Source: Marsupella aquatica (lineage: Eukaryota; Plantae; Marchantiophyta). From it: a stretch of DNA of 64,000 nucleotides. The notes under the pieces are model-generated. The model had not been told where the DNA came from, did not search any database, and saw only the letters and a program-made list of their open reading frames with translations. The position numbers and the translations under genes were made by a program. Below, in pieces: positions 1 through 13,382 of the stretch; the first letter of the stretch is position 1, and each line of letters begins with the position of its first letter. The DNA is taken from contig OZ316891.1 in NCBI GenBank assembly GCA_973895155.1, positions 1,479,324 through 1,543,323 of the forward strand, in the 5' to 3' direction.

Positions 1-1383
1 GCTGTAGTCGACAAAGACAACTTCTCTAAACAAGTGCTGGGGGTGAATTATATACAGTGCTTGGCACTTTACGAGGGCTTGGACAGTGCAGCTTGTTTTG
101 GGAAAAAGTTGATTAGCCTTCATCCAACTTCGCTGGAGCTCATTGTTGTCTGCGCTCGAATTGATGAACATCGTAAAGGTGTCACAACAGGCTTGCATGT
201 CTTTGAAGAAGCTGTCTTGCAGTGGCCGCTTGATCTTCCAGGTATGCAGCGTCTTTGGAATCAGTATGCCGGACACGCTTTGTTGTGGGGTGGAAAGGAT
301 TTGGCAAAAACTGTTTTATTAAATTTAGCCGCCACCAAAAAGTTGACTTCAATTACTGAGGTGGAGGTCTCACAGCGGATACCTACAAAAGCCCCTCTTT
401 CTGTGGTGAGTTCGGACAAGACAGATAGGGCCGATGGTGAGGGGAATGTTTTTGAAGGTTGGAGCCATCTTAAAGAGTATTTTAGGATGGTGACGTCTGC
501 ATGCAAGAGAAGTGTGGGCAGCAGTGATCAGTTGTCTCAAGTTGAAGACACAGTATTTGCCTTGATAAATTTGGCCGTTGTCGAAGCGCTTAGTGGAGAT
601 ATTGCTGCATCTCAATCCGCGACTAATTTAGCTATGAAAGCTGCCATCTCTCATGAGGACTTGAGGCATTGCTGGAGAGAACTTGCTGCTCAGCACGTTT
701 TATGCACAAAATCTGCAGGTTGGGGGTATCCAAAATTTCTAGAGCACGGTATGCTGAGTTTGCTTGATAGGTGCAAAACAGATTCTTATAATTTGTCACA
801 GTTGAGACCTTTATCTCAGAAAGCTTTCCAAAATTTCAAGAAACCACATGTGCGCAAGTTTCTTGAAGACCTCGTAGGCCCACCACCGTTGGACCATTCT
901 GATTTAAATTCAATTCTTCAGACGTTGTATGGACCACAAATGTTACCGTCAGGCTCTTATCCATTGAAGGAAGTGTTCTATTTTGCTGAAGGGATCTTGG
1001 AAGCTATACCGGGAAATGTACCGTTAGCATCATCTTTATGCAAGATTGTTGGCCAAAACTGGAGTTGTCTTAAGCGGATGTACATGCCAGCTGTGATGTG
1101 GGCCAGTGCTCTCCTTATAAGCTCACTTCACCAGTGTTGCCCAGTTGCTCCAGAAGTCTATTGGGTGGAGGCAGGGTCACTGCTGAGACAGCTAGACAAA
1201 GAAAGACCTCTTGAAGAGTTTTACAAGCTTGCACTTTTGCGGTACCCATTCTCGGCAGCATTGCGCCATTGTCTACACGAAGTGCAGGATCGGCTCCAAG
1301 TTACGGATACGCTTTCACCGGTTGTCTATAAGAAAAGTCTCGACTTGGTAGCTGAGCCCATGCAAGTTGCTGTTGAGTGTTAA
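1..1383 (+). CDS. 3' terminal exon of a ZFC3H1-like (zf-C3H1, HAT/TPR-repeat) nuclear exosome adaptor protein; 5' part lies outside the window
   Basis: Frame is open from base 1 to TAA at 1381-1383. Helical HAT-like segments (FEEAVLQWP..GMQRLWNQYAGHAL; APEVYWVEAG; YKLALLRYPFSAAL) resemble the C-terminus of plant zinc finger C3H1-domain proteins. Confidence 0.65.
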   Translation, partial: AVVDKDNFSKQVLGVNYIQCLALYEGLDSAACFGKKLISLHPTSLELIVVCARIDEHRKGVTTGLHVFEEAVLQWPLDLPGMQRLWNQYAGHALLWGGKDLAKTVLLNLAATKKLTSITEVEVSQRIPTKAPLSVVSSDKTDRADGEGNVFEGWSHLKEYFRMVTSACKRSVGSSDQLSQVEDTVFALINLAVVEALSGDIAASQSATNLAMKAAISHEDLRHCWRELAAQHVLCTKSAGWGYPKFLEHGMLSLLDRCKTDSYNLSQLRPLSQKAFQNFKKPHVRKFLEDLVGPPPLDHSDLNSILQTLYGPQMLPSGSYPLKEVFYFAEGILEAIPGNVPLASSLCKIVGQNWSCLKRMYMPAVMWASALLISSLHQCCPVAPEVYWVEAGSLLRQLDKERPLEEFYKLALLRYPFSAALRHCLHEVQDRLQVTDTLSPVVYKKSLDLVAEPMQVAVEC

Positions 1384-4300
1384 GAGTTGCTTGTCACCTG
1401 GGTAACACGCGGTGAAGAATGGACTCCTGAGGGAGAGTAGAAGATACTTGAGGCACGGCGGTCTTTTATCATCTCTGCAACCGAAGGAGTAGCAATTCAC
1501 TGGCCACAGGATGGTGCCGCCACCACTAAACATATGTGTGCTATCTCTCATGCACTCTCAACTTTTTTGTAGATGTGCGTTTTTGTAGGGAATTCATGTT
1601 CATGCTTTTGTAATGGAAATGTCTGGAAGACTGTCAACTTCTGCATGTTTTCTATCTTGCAACTTAGGGTCTTTTGATATTATCAATGCGTGTTTCTGTG
1701 CAGTCAATGGTCTCTCATGTGTCAAACTCGTCGTCAAAGGTGGGTTGATGCAAGTACTCTTGCTCCTCCACCGTTACGGTCAGAATTTATGGATAATTTC
1801 TTTCGTACTTCCCTGGACTAAGAAAATTTTCGTTTTGTATTACAAGTGATGGTGATGGTGATGATCTTATTTCTTGTGTTGCAGGTGAGTCTCAAGAACA
1901 TCCGTTTCAGGATTCCGGAGCTGCTTTTCCAATAGTTTAAAATATCACAAATCTGATTTATTTTTCGAATTTGAGTCGTCGAAGCAGATTCTGTTAATTA
2001 AGTATCAGAAATATAAATGAACTTATTACTAAAGCAGGTCCGCAATTTCTGGAAACTTGTCATGCATTCCCAACTTTTATTTCAAAGAGGTTAACACTTG
2101 TTTGAAAGTAAGGCACTGAGCAGTCTAAACCTAGCCTGAGAGCTACTCTGATGTATCTGATTTCTTTCCTGAAAGAACACTGGAGCTGGTCACAGATACC
2201 CCGTGCCATGATAGTCAAATGTTGGACCCCTGATTAGAGGGCCGCACTCAAAGGAGTATTGAAGTTTTTTTCTCAAGCTGGACCAAGAATCAGTGGAGTT
2301 GAGGTAATTCTCTAGTCCTTACATCCCTTCTCTTTCAGCTCCAGCTTGTAAATTCTCCACTCTTGTCCCTCGTCAGGTATAATGCCACTTACTATCCCCT
2401 CCAAGCCCTTAGACGTGACCCGGCCAGTCAAATACGATGTTGTTGTATAGCATGATTGATTTCGTGAATAGGGATGAGCAGTACGCCTTTGTCCCTTCCT
2501 AGCAGGACGACCCTGTGTACTGTTCGTTAGAACCTTCATCCTTACAGTCCGTGTTCTGAAGAGTCCCGGTGCAGTTCTCGAGATGGCTAAACTGAAATGA
2601 TTATATCTGAAACACGGTGAGCTCATAGTAGACAACAGTAGGTCGTTCACTTGATGGATTCCAGCTCTAGCATGGTCATAGTTTGGTGAGATTCCTGCAG
2701 CACCAAGGATACTTTTCGGGTTACCATCTTAGTTACGAACACGCAAGCTAACTTCTTGGAGAGGCAACTTTTCTTGGGCGTACTACCTAGCCTGGTTTGC
2801 CAAAGTACGTATGTGGTGAAGATGGTTGTGGGTTGAAAGGTGACTGGGAGGCCAAGATTTATTGCAGACCTTCATCGGCAGCTGCTCTCAGAGTGGCATA
2901 TGCCAGTTCAGCGGGTTTATTATGTAATGTGGCTTCTATGGTCTTCTTTCAATATCCCAAACACTTGAGCGCGTAGGCGTTGATGACCTTCAGATGAACA
3001 GCAAGGAGCGGATGGATGATGTGGACCTGCAGCAGCTGTATATAACAAAACCAGTAGGCTTACATGGCGCTTCCTCTTAAACCAACCGACCGCACAGAGC
3101 CTGCAAAAGAAATGGGAGCAGTTTAGGATTGTAAATCACAAGGATAAATTTTATTTCGCTCAGATCCTCCAACACACGGAAGATTAGTGAGGGACATTAT
3201 TTTCCATTTTGTTTCTTCAATTGTCAATATTGTAAACAAATTGTAACCTTAATTTTTGGAGTAAAGTTGATTTTTTGCAACGTTCGTCTCATGTATTGAC
3301 AATATCTGCTTTTATTGCATTTTATTGATATATCCGTAGTATCCATTTTCCAGAATCTAAGTATACTATGTGATCCATAATAATAGCCATATCACATTAT
3401 AGTAGAGAGAGGTACTGTGCTTCCACGAGAAGCGCATTTGACAAACACATAGAAATGGGTCCTCGCCGAATCACAATTCACTGAGGGAGGAGGTTTGTGG
3501 CCATCAACGCTAACACATTCGAATTGTGAACCTAGCCAAGGTGTGAAACTCAATCATATCAGGGCAGACGCTTCGAAACGTTTTTACGCGGACGGCCACA
3601 TTTGGAATGCTTCAGCTTAGGAACTAGCGAGAGTTTGAATCAATCTTAATTGTGGCTGCTGACGTGGATAAGGTATTAGGTAATAGATGGCCTCATTGAA
3701 TCGCTCCAGCCTTCTCAGTTATTCGTGAGTTTTACATCAAACCTAGTTAGGGCTCCTGGATTGGACAAGTTTTGAGTTTTTATCGAAGTTAAGATTTTGA
3801 TTAAAGAGTGTTCATCACTGGTCTCATCCTGGCGAAATCCAAAAGGGTTAGATTTGGTACTGTAGTAGGTTTTAAACATCATGATGATTGAGCTGTCGTT
3901 TAACACTGGGCTCACGATGATTGAGCAGTCGTTTCACTGGGCTCACCCACATGTATGAGAACTAAGCTTAGAGCTCAACGTTGGGCGTTTGGGAAAGCGA
4001 GGATTTGGAAAGTTTGCCCTGCCACAATGGCGACCAAAGCTGTTGGTGTCTGGGCAGTGGGCGATAGAGCTTGGGCTGATAATACTGAGAGAATAATTGC
4101 CACACAGTCGAAGAGATGAATTAACAGAAGTAAGGAGATGGATATACACCTGAAAATTTTCACGAATGTACCGAGAAACGCTGGATGCTACTTCCGATAA
4201 GTCAATCACATAGGAAACGATGAGAACACTCGGTATCTGCCTAAGCTTGTAATTTCGTATTATGTTTACAAAAGTTGACAGTACCGTGTGGTAGCTCGAA

Positions 4301-4881
4301 CCCCTTTCCATGAGAACAATTGGTGGCTTCCTAAGTTACTAATTCCGTTTCAATTTCACAAAGATTACGAATGTCCTAAGGTGGCTCGAACTCCGCAAAC
4401 ACTATCGCCATTGGAGATTGCCAGACCCACGCCGCATTTACCTTGAACTGAAACGTTCAAGTTCAATTTAACTGATGTATCGTCATTTGTGGGATCCGTA
4501 GATAGTCCACATCGATATATCCGCTGTCAGGGGTCCGGTTGACTCTCCACGGTTACAATCCAGGGCGCACGTATGACCCTACGGGTTTGCAGACTGAGAA
4601 CCTGTGATGAAGATGAAGGTCACCAGAGCCATGAAGCGTTCTATGATCTAAATTCTGCGTTACCTAATCCGTGGAATCTGCAGACAATGGCCATCACTCT
4701 CGGACGCTAGAGGACGGGAAGCTCTTGCAAGATTCCAGACTAACATCCTATGGGAGATATCGGAGCTACAACGCACGTCCTGTCTATGATCCACAATTAG
4801 TATGCAACAGGGGTTATGAATACTTGCTTCAACTACGTTTCTAAACACAGAGCAACTCTGAGTACGGGTATGGTCACTTCT

Positions 4882-6315
4882 CTACATCTCATTTTGACCA
4901 CCCCCTTTCTTCGTATGTCCCGCAGTCTTCAACAACTGTAACCAACAGCAAAGTCATACCAATGTCAGAGACAACTACCACATTGTCACAAACAAATGTT
5001 CCATTATCAGGCTACCTCAGATGATGAAGTCGACAATTTTACAACCCATGTGAGAACGTTCGTCACAACAACCCATACACTACACGAAAGGGAGCAAAAG
5101 CAACTCAAGATTTCCAAGGTTACCTGCCGGAGCATGGAATTCTCATGAGAAAGAGTATTGACTTTCTCCTCCAATTCTTCGATTCGACGAGTTTGCTCCG
5201 TCGACTTCACTTCAAGGTCACCGAGGTAAGCTTTCTTTCTCTCCCTGGCCTGCTGAGCTGAAACTCGATTCCTCAACAACCTGGTACACAGTGGAACAAG
5301 GCTAGCAATTAGACCCTAAAAGTTTAGAAAGATACTGGACGGAGACCCAGACATCCTCTGGGCCTGACACTTCGGCAAGACATTTTCCAGTAGGAGCGTC
5401 CAGGAGTGCCATTTACTTACCTTTTCAGTCGCTTGTGCTCTTTGTCTGCCGACCCTCCGCCCCTCTTTCTCTTCATCGGAGGTTGGCCCTGACTTTGTGC
5501 TGCTGCACTAGTTGAAGGACCTCCCTTCGCAACTGGCATCTCTGGTACCCTCCGGACGTCTGAATCACTTTCATTTCCTGTAAGGAGTAAGCGGAGTAAG
5601 CGTGTAGTTTAGATAGATATCCCCACCTCCTGAGACAATCCTCGACCCTGCTGCATGAGATAGGCTAGAAACCACCCGCCAAGAACCATCATGTGGACAT
5701 CCACGAAAGAACGTAGATTTACTGGAAGCGAGTGATCTTTCTGGCAGCCTAGCACCTACCATCCTTCTTGGGATCCAACACGGCGGTCGTGGCAGGGGAT
5801 GCAGACGCATTCTCCTGACTAGAGCTCATTTGGGATGAAGTTGTTCCATTAGAGGAAGGCATCGATGAACTGCGGACTCTGGGAGCTTCGACTTCACCAC
5901 CGACCTGGATCTTCCCGTCTATGACAAGCTTCCAGCCCCTGTTGAAGGACCTCTCTTTCAGAAACGGGGTCGCAATGGTGGAGGGTTTGGTATTAGGCCA
6001 AACCGGTACTTTGGGGTTCGCCCTTATTGCTCCTGCACCTGCAACCAGATGTTCGTACACAAGTTCAACACACTAAGCCTAGCCAAGTGCCATTTCCCTA
6101 CAGTCAGCACTAGACACTTTGAACGAATACCTCAAAAGAGGAAGGGCACCACAAGCTTCACCTAGGACAGGTTTTTTGGCAGAATCGGTCGCCTTGCCAT
6201 CGGGAACTTCTCCTTCGCTTTCATCACTGTCCGAAAGGGACGCATCAGAATCGTACTCTAGATCACTCCCATCCACCCACCGCATACCCTCGCCCTGGTC
6301 CTCCACTTCGTTCAT
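4882..6315 (-). CDS. HY5: bZIP transcription factor HY5; exons 6315-6162, 6038-5760, 5577-5421, 5280-5124, 4935-4882
   Basis: COP1-binding VP motif [12 protein letters not shown], basic region DKEHKRLKR|[19 protein letters not shown] and a leucine zipper. All introns are GT-AG with consistent phases; stop TAG at 4882-4884. Confidence 0.93.
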
Positions 6316-7565
6316 TTAAATTGCCGCTCCTCCTTCGCCTAATTCTCTCACCACCCTGGTAAACTACTGGATCAATCGATCAGTACTTCGCACTCACAGT
6401 AGCTTCAACACGTTCGGCTTCGTCCGCGAATAGAGCAGCAGCCACAACATTTCGTCTCAAGCATATCGTCACTCTCCTCTTGGGAAGCTTCTCCCTTCCT
6501 GTAATTTATGGATCCCAGTACAGCTCCTCCTCCAGTACGTGTCTATCGATCCAGAGAGATATATCGTCGCAGAACCACCTACAAATAGCTTCAGTTTCCT
6601 CCAAGTGCTCCGGGCAATACAACCACAGATGCCTCCAGTCTCTTCCAAGTGCTCCGGGAACAGAGAGCGAGAGAGAGACGAGTGAACCCTAATTCACCAA
6701 TTGAAGGGAGAACGGAGAGAGAGAATTCACGGATTCAGAACTCGGGAGAGTTTCACTCAATCGAGCTCCGAGGGCGAGCCGGGGGGCGAGCACAAAATCC
6801 AGTAGACAGGTCCTCAACACAGGAACGCTATGCAGACATGAATTGTGTTGGCAACGACAAGCCAATGCTGAATTTGATCACTACTATTGCAGAGCATGCC
6901 AGTTCGGGGACGAAATAATGGGCAAATTAGCAAGCAACTATCAACACTCTACACCTCGCAAACCCACTCCACGATTCCGAGACCCAAACTTACTCCACCC
7001 AAGTCGATCGCAACAGACGACTATTGAGCTGACCGAAGACGACACGGGAAAAACCACGAGGAGTCGCAACCCACAGCCACCGCCTCGCCGGCCCACCACT
7101 ACCACACCACAGATTTTGTGTGCTCGGGGGCAGAAACGCACGCCATTCCAATCCTGCATCTGCAGCAATTCGGCAGCACCATAGCTAAATTCTATGGAGG
7201 AGCTCTGGGAAGCGAGAATTCTGCGACAGTGGAGGTCTCACTTGCTGGGGGCACTCGCGTCGATCATTCGATCGGGTTCTCTTCGGACGCTAGTCTAAGG
7301 GACTTGAATCGTACGCCGTTCGATTCTAGAAGGGGCGGCTAGGATTGAGCAGGACCAGGGGACTAGCGGCCAAGTGGACCGGCACCGAGCCCGGGCGGTC
7401 GCCGTGTTCCTCCGTGGGTGCTGGGGCGGGAGGGTTTAACGGTACACCGAGAACTTTCTCCGTCCGCAGATCTGCGACCTTTAGTCGGAAGGAGCGCCGG
7501 AGCTTGTCCGTGCTTTTGATTTTCCCGAGGCGTATCCGATTTCGCCTGGCGGTGCACAGCTCGCT

Positions 7566-7651
7566 CCACGTCATCGGAGGGGCCGCTCGTGCGACGGGAT
7601 TCTCTCCACCGTTACCTCCCGTGGGTCTGTCGAATAAAACATTGCCACGTA
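7566..7651. promoter_or_regulatory. Two ACGT-core elements (CCACGTCA, GCCACGTA) upstream of HY5; possible bZIP/HY5 binding sites
   Basis: Motifs at about 7566 and 7644 at the edge of the GC-rich region 5' of HY5. Function is inferred from known HY5 binding to ACGT elements. Confidence 0.3.
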
Positions 7652-9155
7652 GCAGCCATATTTTTTCTGTGTTTGTTCTTTGTGCGTGGAAGTGTGCGTT
7701 TCCTTTAGGGCACAGATCCCATCAATCTAATAAAAGAATCCGCTACTTTCGGAAAAAAATCACAAGATTTTCTCTGGTCCAGTGGGCATTTCACACCTGG
7801 CCACATATTTTACTACCCAAAATCTAACGGTATCCTTAGATCTACTAAAAGGAGAGCAGGATTGTTCGTTGCATCGAAAGAGGTGGGTGCTCTGGGTATT
7901 ACAATGCAAACCTAGGTTTAGATCAGACCAAATTGGCCAAGCTAGGATTTGGACCTATACCCCTAGAGGATTTGTTGAGGCAACATTTGACCTGTGATGA
8001 GGCTACTCTCACCGACATGATCTTTTGGCTGGCAGCATGGGGAAGGGGCAGATCAGTGTGTTCAGCCAAAAGTGCATTGCAATGTGGTATAGGGGAGGTC
8101 CTTCACCAATGAGAGTATAGAGGTTGAGTTATGTCTGCGGAGTCAATAACTAATTCTCGTATGAATAAATTAGTTTGAGGGATGGGTTAGTAAATTTAGA
8201 TACTTTGGGGGACAGGTTAGTTAAAAACTGTAAAAAGCCAACATTAGATTGTGTGATGAGGTGATGGTCAACATGTAGTGTTGTAACTAAGTCTTCACGT
8301 GGACATGGATGGTACTTGCAAGACGTTGTGAGTTGAGGTGCACTGGTACCAGTTGCTAAAGATGTGCAATAAATGACTCAAGTTTGAGCACCTTGTAGTG
8401 TCACCAAAATCCGCAGATGGAAGTGTGTTGTGAAATCAATTTGGATAGTGATGGTCTTATGGAACCCACTTGTGCATGAATATCTCGAGCTGTTGGTTGA
8501 ATGAGCCCATTGAGATGATAGTGGAATTCTCAGAAGTAAGGGGGACCAAGCTATTAGGTATTGCTCATGTGAAGGAAATTTCTGGTTTGTATGCACAAAC
8601 GATGCACATTAATGTTGTCAAATTCAAATGATGAGAACACAAATATTTACAATTGGTGCCTCAATTCAAGACATCATTTTTTTGGTCTCATCTGCTTATT
8701 GTAGACGAGCCTTTGACATCATTCACACAACATTAAACTTTGTGCACATAAATTTAAAGTAACAAACATACAACACTCCTTGGAATGCAATTTGACAATC
8801 TTAACTGTCTAGCCCAATTGCAACGCACCTTTGAATGAGCTTTGGCAATGTGATTTGGAAAGAATTTAGCTGGACACACATACTGGTTGCTAATATGAAA
8901 GAAAACATCAATAATGCACACTTGGGAGGCAATAGACCCCTTTAAAATGGGGCAGCAAGTTGTGGTATAATTACAAATGCAAAGAAGGTACATTGTTCAC
9001 CGTAATTAGTGTCACTAACACTAATTGGAGAGTGCCCATTTTTGGGATTTACTCACAAATTAGTGTTAGTCACACTATTTTGTGCTAGCACTATTTTCGT
9101 GCACATGAAATAGTGTTACTATGGTTTTAAGAGACAGTGAGAAAATAGTCGGGAA

Positions 9156-9970
9156 GTGAAGATGCTTGGACAGCTTCACAACAACAATGGGGAGTGGGTC
9201 AATAAGAATCAGCTCAGCAACCAAATTCGCAGCAGTTGGCAGATTGGAGTGGGCGAATTCACAGCCTTCTATGAGGAACTGACCATCAACGACACTCCAG
9301 AATCTATGATGCATGCTTCATCAGTGCGTTGGCTGGAAGTGGGACTGGCCAGCCAGGAACATGGGGTGGTCCTTCCCGAATAGGATGTGGGCACTTAATT
9401 CGCTGAGCATGGAGGGAGACACAGCCCAATTGAACAGGAGATGGGGACAAAACGGAACCCCCGCAGAGTGGAGACAGACATGTATGGCAGAAAGTCTGGG
9501 GCGGCTGGGTGGTATCAAAGGTAAGGATATTCATATGGAGACTCGTACAGCACGGTTTTTTTACAAACGGACAGGCTCACAGATGGGGAGTGTGTGAGGG
9601 CACTTGCGAGCGATGCAATCTTGAAACTGAAACCACTGACCACCTATTATGTCAATGTAACAAAGTGATTACCCAGTGGATGGAACTGAAGTCACTCCTT
9701 CGCCACACCATTACCCTGAATTTCCTGGGTGACACCTTATATGGATCGATTCAAACTGCACTCAGACTGCATAAGCGAAACCCGGGTCCGATTGTGCTGT
9801 TGATGGAATTATGCAACACCACTTGGAAGGAGCGCAATGCTATGTGTATTCGAGGTTCCTAGGGCGTATGCCTAGCTGGGTGATTCTGAAGACTACTGCT
9901 GATCACATTCCCGATCACATCAAGACTATGCTGAGCCCTAGCTGCACGCAACGGAGAACAAGACAACTAC
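9156..9970 (+). pseudogene. Frameshifted LINE ORF2 C-terminus (zf-RVT zinc-binding domain)
   Basis: KVRIFIWRLVQHG...CERC..ETETTDHLLCQC and WKERN motifs typical of plant L1 ORF2; broken across several frames. Confidence 0.85.
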
Positions 9971-11277
9971 CACTAGAAGAAAACGTCCCCTTTTGAGACC
10001 CTATGCTTTGTGACTTTAGGGAGACTTTCAAAAATACATGACTCCAAGTTTAGGGGAGTCATTGTTGTTACATTTTATCAACTGATTTTTGGGGGATATT
10101 TGTGAAAGTCATTCCTACAACTTCTGATAAAGTAGCAATTGTAACACTAGTAGGGCAGTCATATGTAAGTTGAATAAGCTACTCTCCATTACGGCATTCT
10201 GAAATAGAGTGCAAGAAGGATTACATGCACTCTAGACATCACGGAATGTTCCATTTACAACCCTTGACTTGCAACTTGCGGAGTCGGGAGCACTAGGTGC
10301 ACATAGAAGGAATGGGGGTTTAGGGTTGCAGAACTAGTTAAATGTCTTCATGTCAAGAGCATTGTAGCTAGTTATCCTAGCTAGCCTAATTAAACGTGCA
10401 TGGGAGTACTTGCCTCTATAATAGTAAGTCTTATGCTGCTCAATGGATTCCTTAGAGTTCATGGGCAACTTTGACAAGAATATTGGGGTGATATCATTTT
10501 CAATTCAGGGCTAAAGTAGTGTCTGGCCCCCATTCTTTGTCCACCCTCCCTAAGTGGCATGTGTAAGGGTTAATTTACAGTTGCGTTCTAAGAGGTTACA
10601 GTTGCGTTCATTTAATCTTTGCTCACAAAGTGTCGTGTCCAATTTGCTTTAGGGTACTAACATGTGTATCAATGGCTCATGTCAACGCAAAGTGGTCGAG
10701 GCTCATTGGGTTTGGTTCACTAAGTGTCACTAAGTGTTAAGGTATGCTTTGTGCGTGAGTGTGCCTTTGGACACGAGTTTAGGGTGCGCGGGTTTTGTTT
10801 AGGGTTTAAACACGCCAGCAGAGTGCAAAGTTCAGTTCAATGTGCGTGGGAACTCGGAGGTTTTTGTTTCAGAAAAACTCACTTGTCCATTACGGGGACA
10901 TTCGTCGTGCCTGAAGGTCGTCACATTGTGCGCGGTCTCACAAAGTGGGGAGTGTGCTTCGCGATCGGGGCAGTTCCTTTGCGTAGGGGAGTTTTGCGCT
11001 TGGAGCTTGAAGGTTTACCTTCAAAGCTCTAGAGCATTCAAGCTGAGAGGGCGACCGGCTTGCGGAGTGGAGAGGTGAGCTGCAGTGGACGACGAGCTCT
11101 AGGACTGGGAGGAGCTGTGGGCGGGCAGGAGCTGCAATTTGGGAGCTGCTCTGGCCGCCGGTCTGGCCGAGGAGCTACGAGCGGAGAGCAGCTGGAGTGG
11201 AGCTCGAGCGGAGTGGAGCTGGAGTGGAGTGCTTCTGTCACACTGCTGAGGATTGCTATGTAGCTTCAGTTTGGGCG

Positions 11278-11680
11278 GGGGTGCGAGCAGAGGTGCTGAG
11301 AGCGGCTCAGGTGCCAAAGGAGGTGGTGCGAGCGGAGGTGCGAGCGGAGGTGCTGAGAGCGGCTCAGGTGCCAAAGGAGGTGGTGCGAGCGGAGGTGTGA
11401 GCGGAGGTGCTGAGAGCGGCTCAGGTGCCAAAGGAGGTGCTGAGAGCGGAGGTGCGAGCAGAGGTGCTGAGAGCGGCTCAGGTGCCAAAGGAGGTGGTGC
11501 GAGCGGAGGTGCGAGCGGAGGTGCTGAGAGCGGCTCAGGTGCCAAAGGAGGTGGTGCGAGCAGAGGTGCTGAGAGCGGCTCAGGTGCCAAAGGAGGTGCT
11601 AAGAGCGGAGGTGCGAGCAGAGGTGCGAGCGGATGTGCGAGCGGATGTGCTAAGAGCGGAGGTGGTAAGAGAGGTGCTAT
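11278..11680. repeat. G-rich composite minisatellite (modules GGTGCGAGCGGA, GGTGCTGAGAGC, GGCTCAGGTGCCAAAGGAGGT) inside the CACTA element
   Basis: Directly visible tandem modules, about six higher-order units with lengths in multiples of 3. Explains the Gly-rich and Pro-rich ORFs on both strands. Confidence 0.9.
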
Positions 11681-13382
11681 TGGATCACTGAGAAGGCTGC
11701 AACCTCTCTATCTTATTCCTACTATCTGGCGGTTGCAGTTGGAAGGAGGGTCGAGTGGCGAACATTTTGTCAGTTGAGGACTCAGCTGCGGGTTTGTCAT
11801 TTCCTGGAGCTCAATCGCTTGCTACTAAGACTACTGTTGCTGCAATTGCAAGTTGCTTGATCATGAGCTACCTAGCTCCATTGTGAGTTGCCTCCCTATT
11901 CTCCTTGTTCTCCCTGTCTCCCCCTTGCTTGCAGTTACTATCGCCAGGAAGAATGTGTTTGGCCAAGATGCTAGATTGCAACTTGTCTTCTTGCTTCTAG
12001 CTCGTGTATATGCTGGCATCCGTGGGGGTTCCTCGAGTTTGAGTCTGCAGAGGAAGAGTCTATCATAGTCTAATTAAATGTGGGCCATATTACTCTGGTC
12101 AATGAATGAGTTCCCTGGAAATAGAACCTCTCTGATTATAGAGGTGCGATTTGGTCAGAATGTTTTCCCCTCTCATTGTATCCACTGATGCCAACTCACT
12201 TTCATCACCTCAATTCTGAACAATGAGCGTAGTCTCAGGCTCCATACTGCCTATACTGAATGGTCTAGCTGCGATGTCCACCTCGGCTGAAGTGAGCTCT
12301 GACTTGGAGCCTTAACATTTGTGTTCTGTGGGGCTGATTAGAGTTGGTTCCGTCCAGAAGCTGCTCTACTAAAGTGATAGAGCTCCGGCTTGGAGGTGGA
12401 TCTTCACTTTTTTGTGGGTCTGAGTGACTTCTGTCTAGCTGGGCTTAGCTGAGTCAGTAATACATTCAAAAGAGGTGAGTATCCCTGACCAACATTTATT
12501 TACTCTTGACCACGCCAAACTAATGGCGCTTCAATTTGAACTTTCTAAGTCTGACTGCTGACTCCGCTCCTTAAAACCCACCTTAATTATATTCATGTCT
12601 TTCTTTTGTGCATGCGCATAATGTCTTTCATTCAGTTTAACATTAAATGTGAGACAGGGCTCCATCCAGCTCTTCTAGATGACAAGAAGGCATTGATCAG
12701 TTGCTTTTTGATCTTTCCTCACCAAACAAGAAATCTTTCTTACAAGAAACCTGTCTTACAAGAAATCCAGCCTGGCCGAGAAGCTGCAAGTGGGGAGGAT
12801 GTCTGTAGAAATTTGTAAGGAGTGGTTTGTCTCACAATGCCATTGTTGATGAAACCTTGCTTCTGCTGATGAAACCTTGCTTCTTCTTAATCCAATGCTT
12901 GCTGCCTTGTTACAACGTTTGTCTAGTTGACCACTTCAGTGCCTATTCTTCATTTCCTGTTGTTCCATTTTTGGAAATTTATGCTTAAGGAACCTGCATT
13001 TCCTTCCCTGTCCCCATGCTATCTCCACTGCACCTTCCACTGCTAGCTATGTTGATTCCTTCCACTGCTAGCTCTAGACAATGATGCAGTCCAAATGCTG
13101 ATCAGTCTCACTGGGGGTGCCGGTGCAGACACAAATCGCACTGTGTGATTGTAGTTTTGCTTTGTCGGGACGAATGTGTTTGGCTAAGATGCTAGATTGT
13201 GGCTTATCTTCTTGCTTCCATTCGTGTATATTCAATTAGTAGAAGCTGGGAACGAAGTGAAAATTGAATTTCCTTATATTAAGCATCCTAACCTAGAAAC
13301 TCAATACATAAACTCCTGGAGTCCCTCGGGACATAAAAATGAGCCAAATTGTTTCAAAATTGGGAACCTGCACCCGCACTAC

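Noticed and set aside
3880-3946. Short tandem duplication starting ATGATGA, resembling a C/D snoRNA C box
   Set aside because: No properly placed D box or terminal stem; looks like a simple 33-bp duplication.
6480-7830. Cluster of overlapping ORFs upstream of HY5
   Set aside because: GC-rich 5' UTR/promoter sequence; the translations lack domain features and occur on both strands.
10145-10160. CACTAGTAGG as an alternative CACTA 5' terminus
   Set aside because: It does not match the 3' TIR beyond CACTAG and lacks the TAC TSD; 9971 satisfies both.
11278-11680. CRISPR-like array
   Set aside because: The repeats have no unique spacers, there are no cas genes, and the context is eukaryotic.
11099-11777. 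Pro-rich (minus) and Gly-rich (plus) ORFs that resemble extensin or glycine-rich proteins
   Set aside because: They are by-products of a triplet-phased minisatellite open in several frames, with no convincing start or non-repetitive domain.
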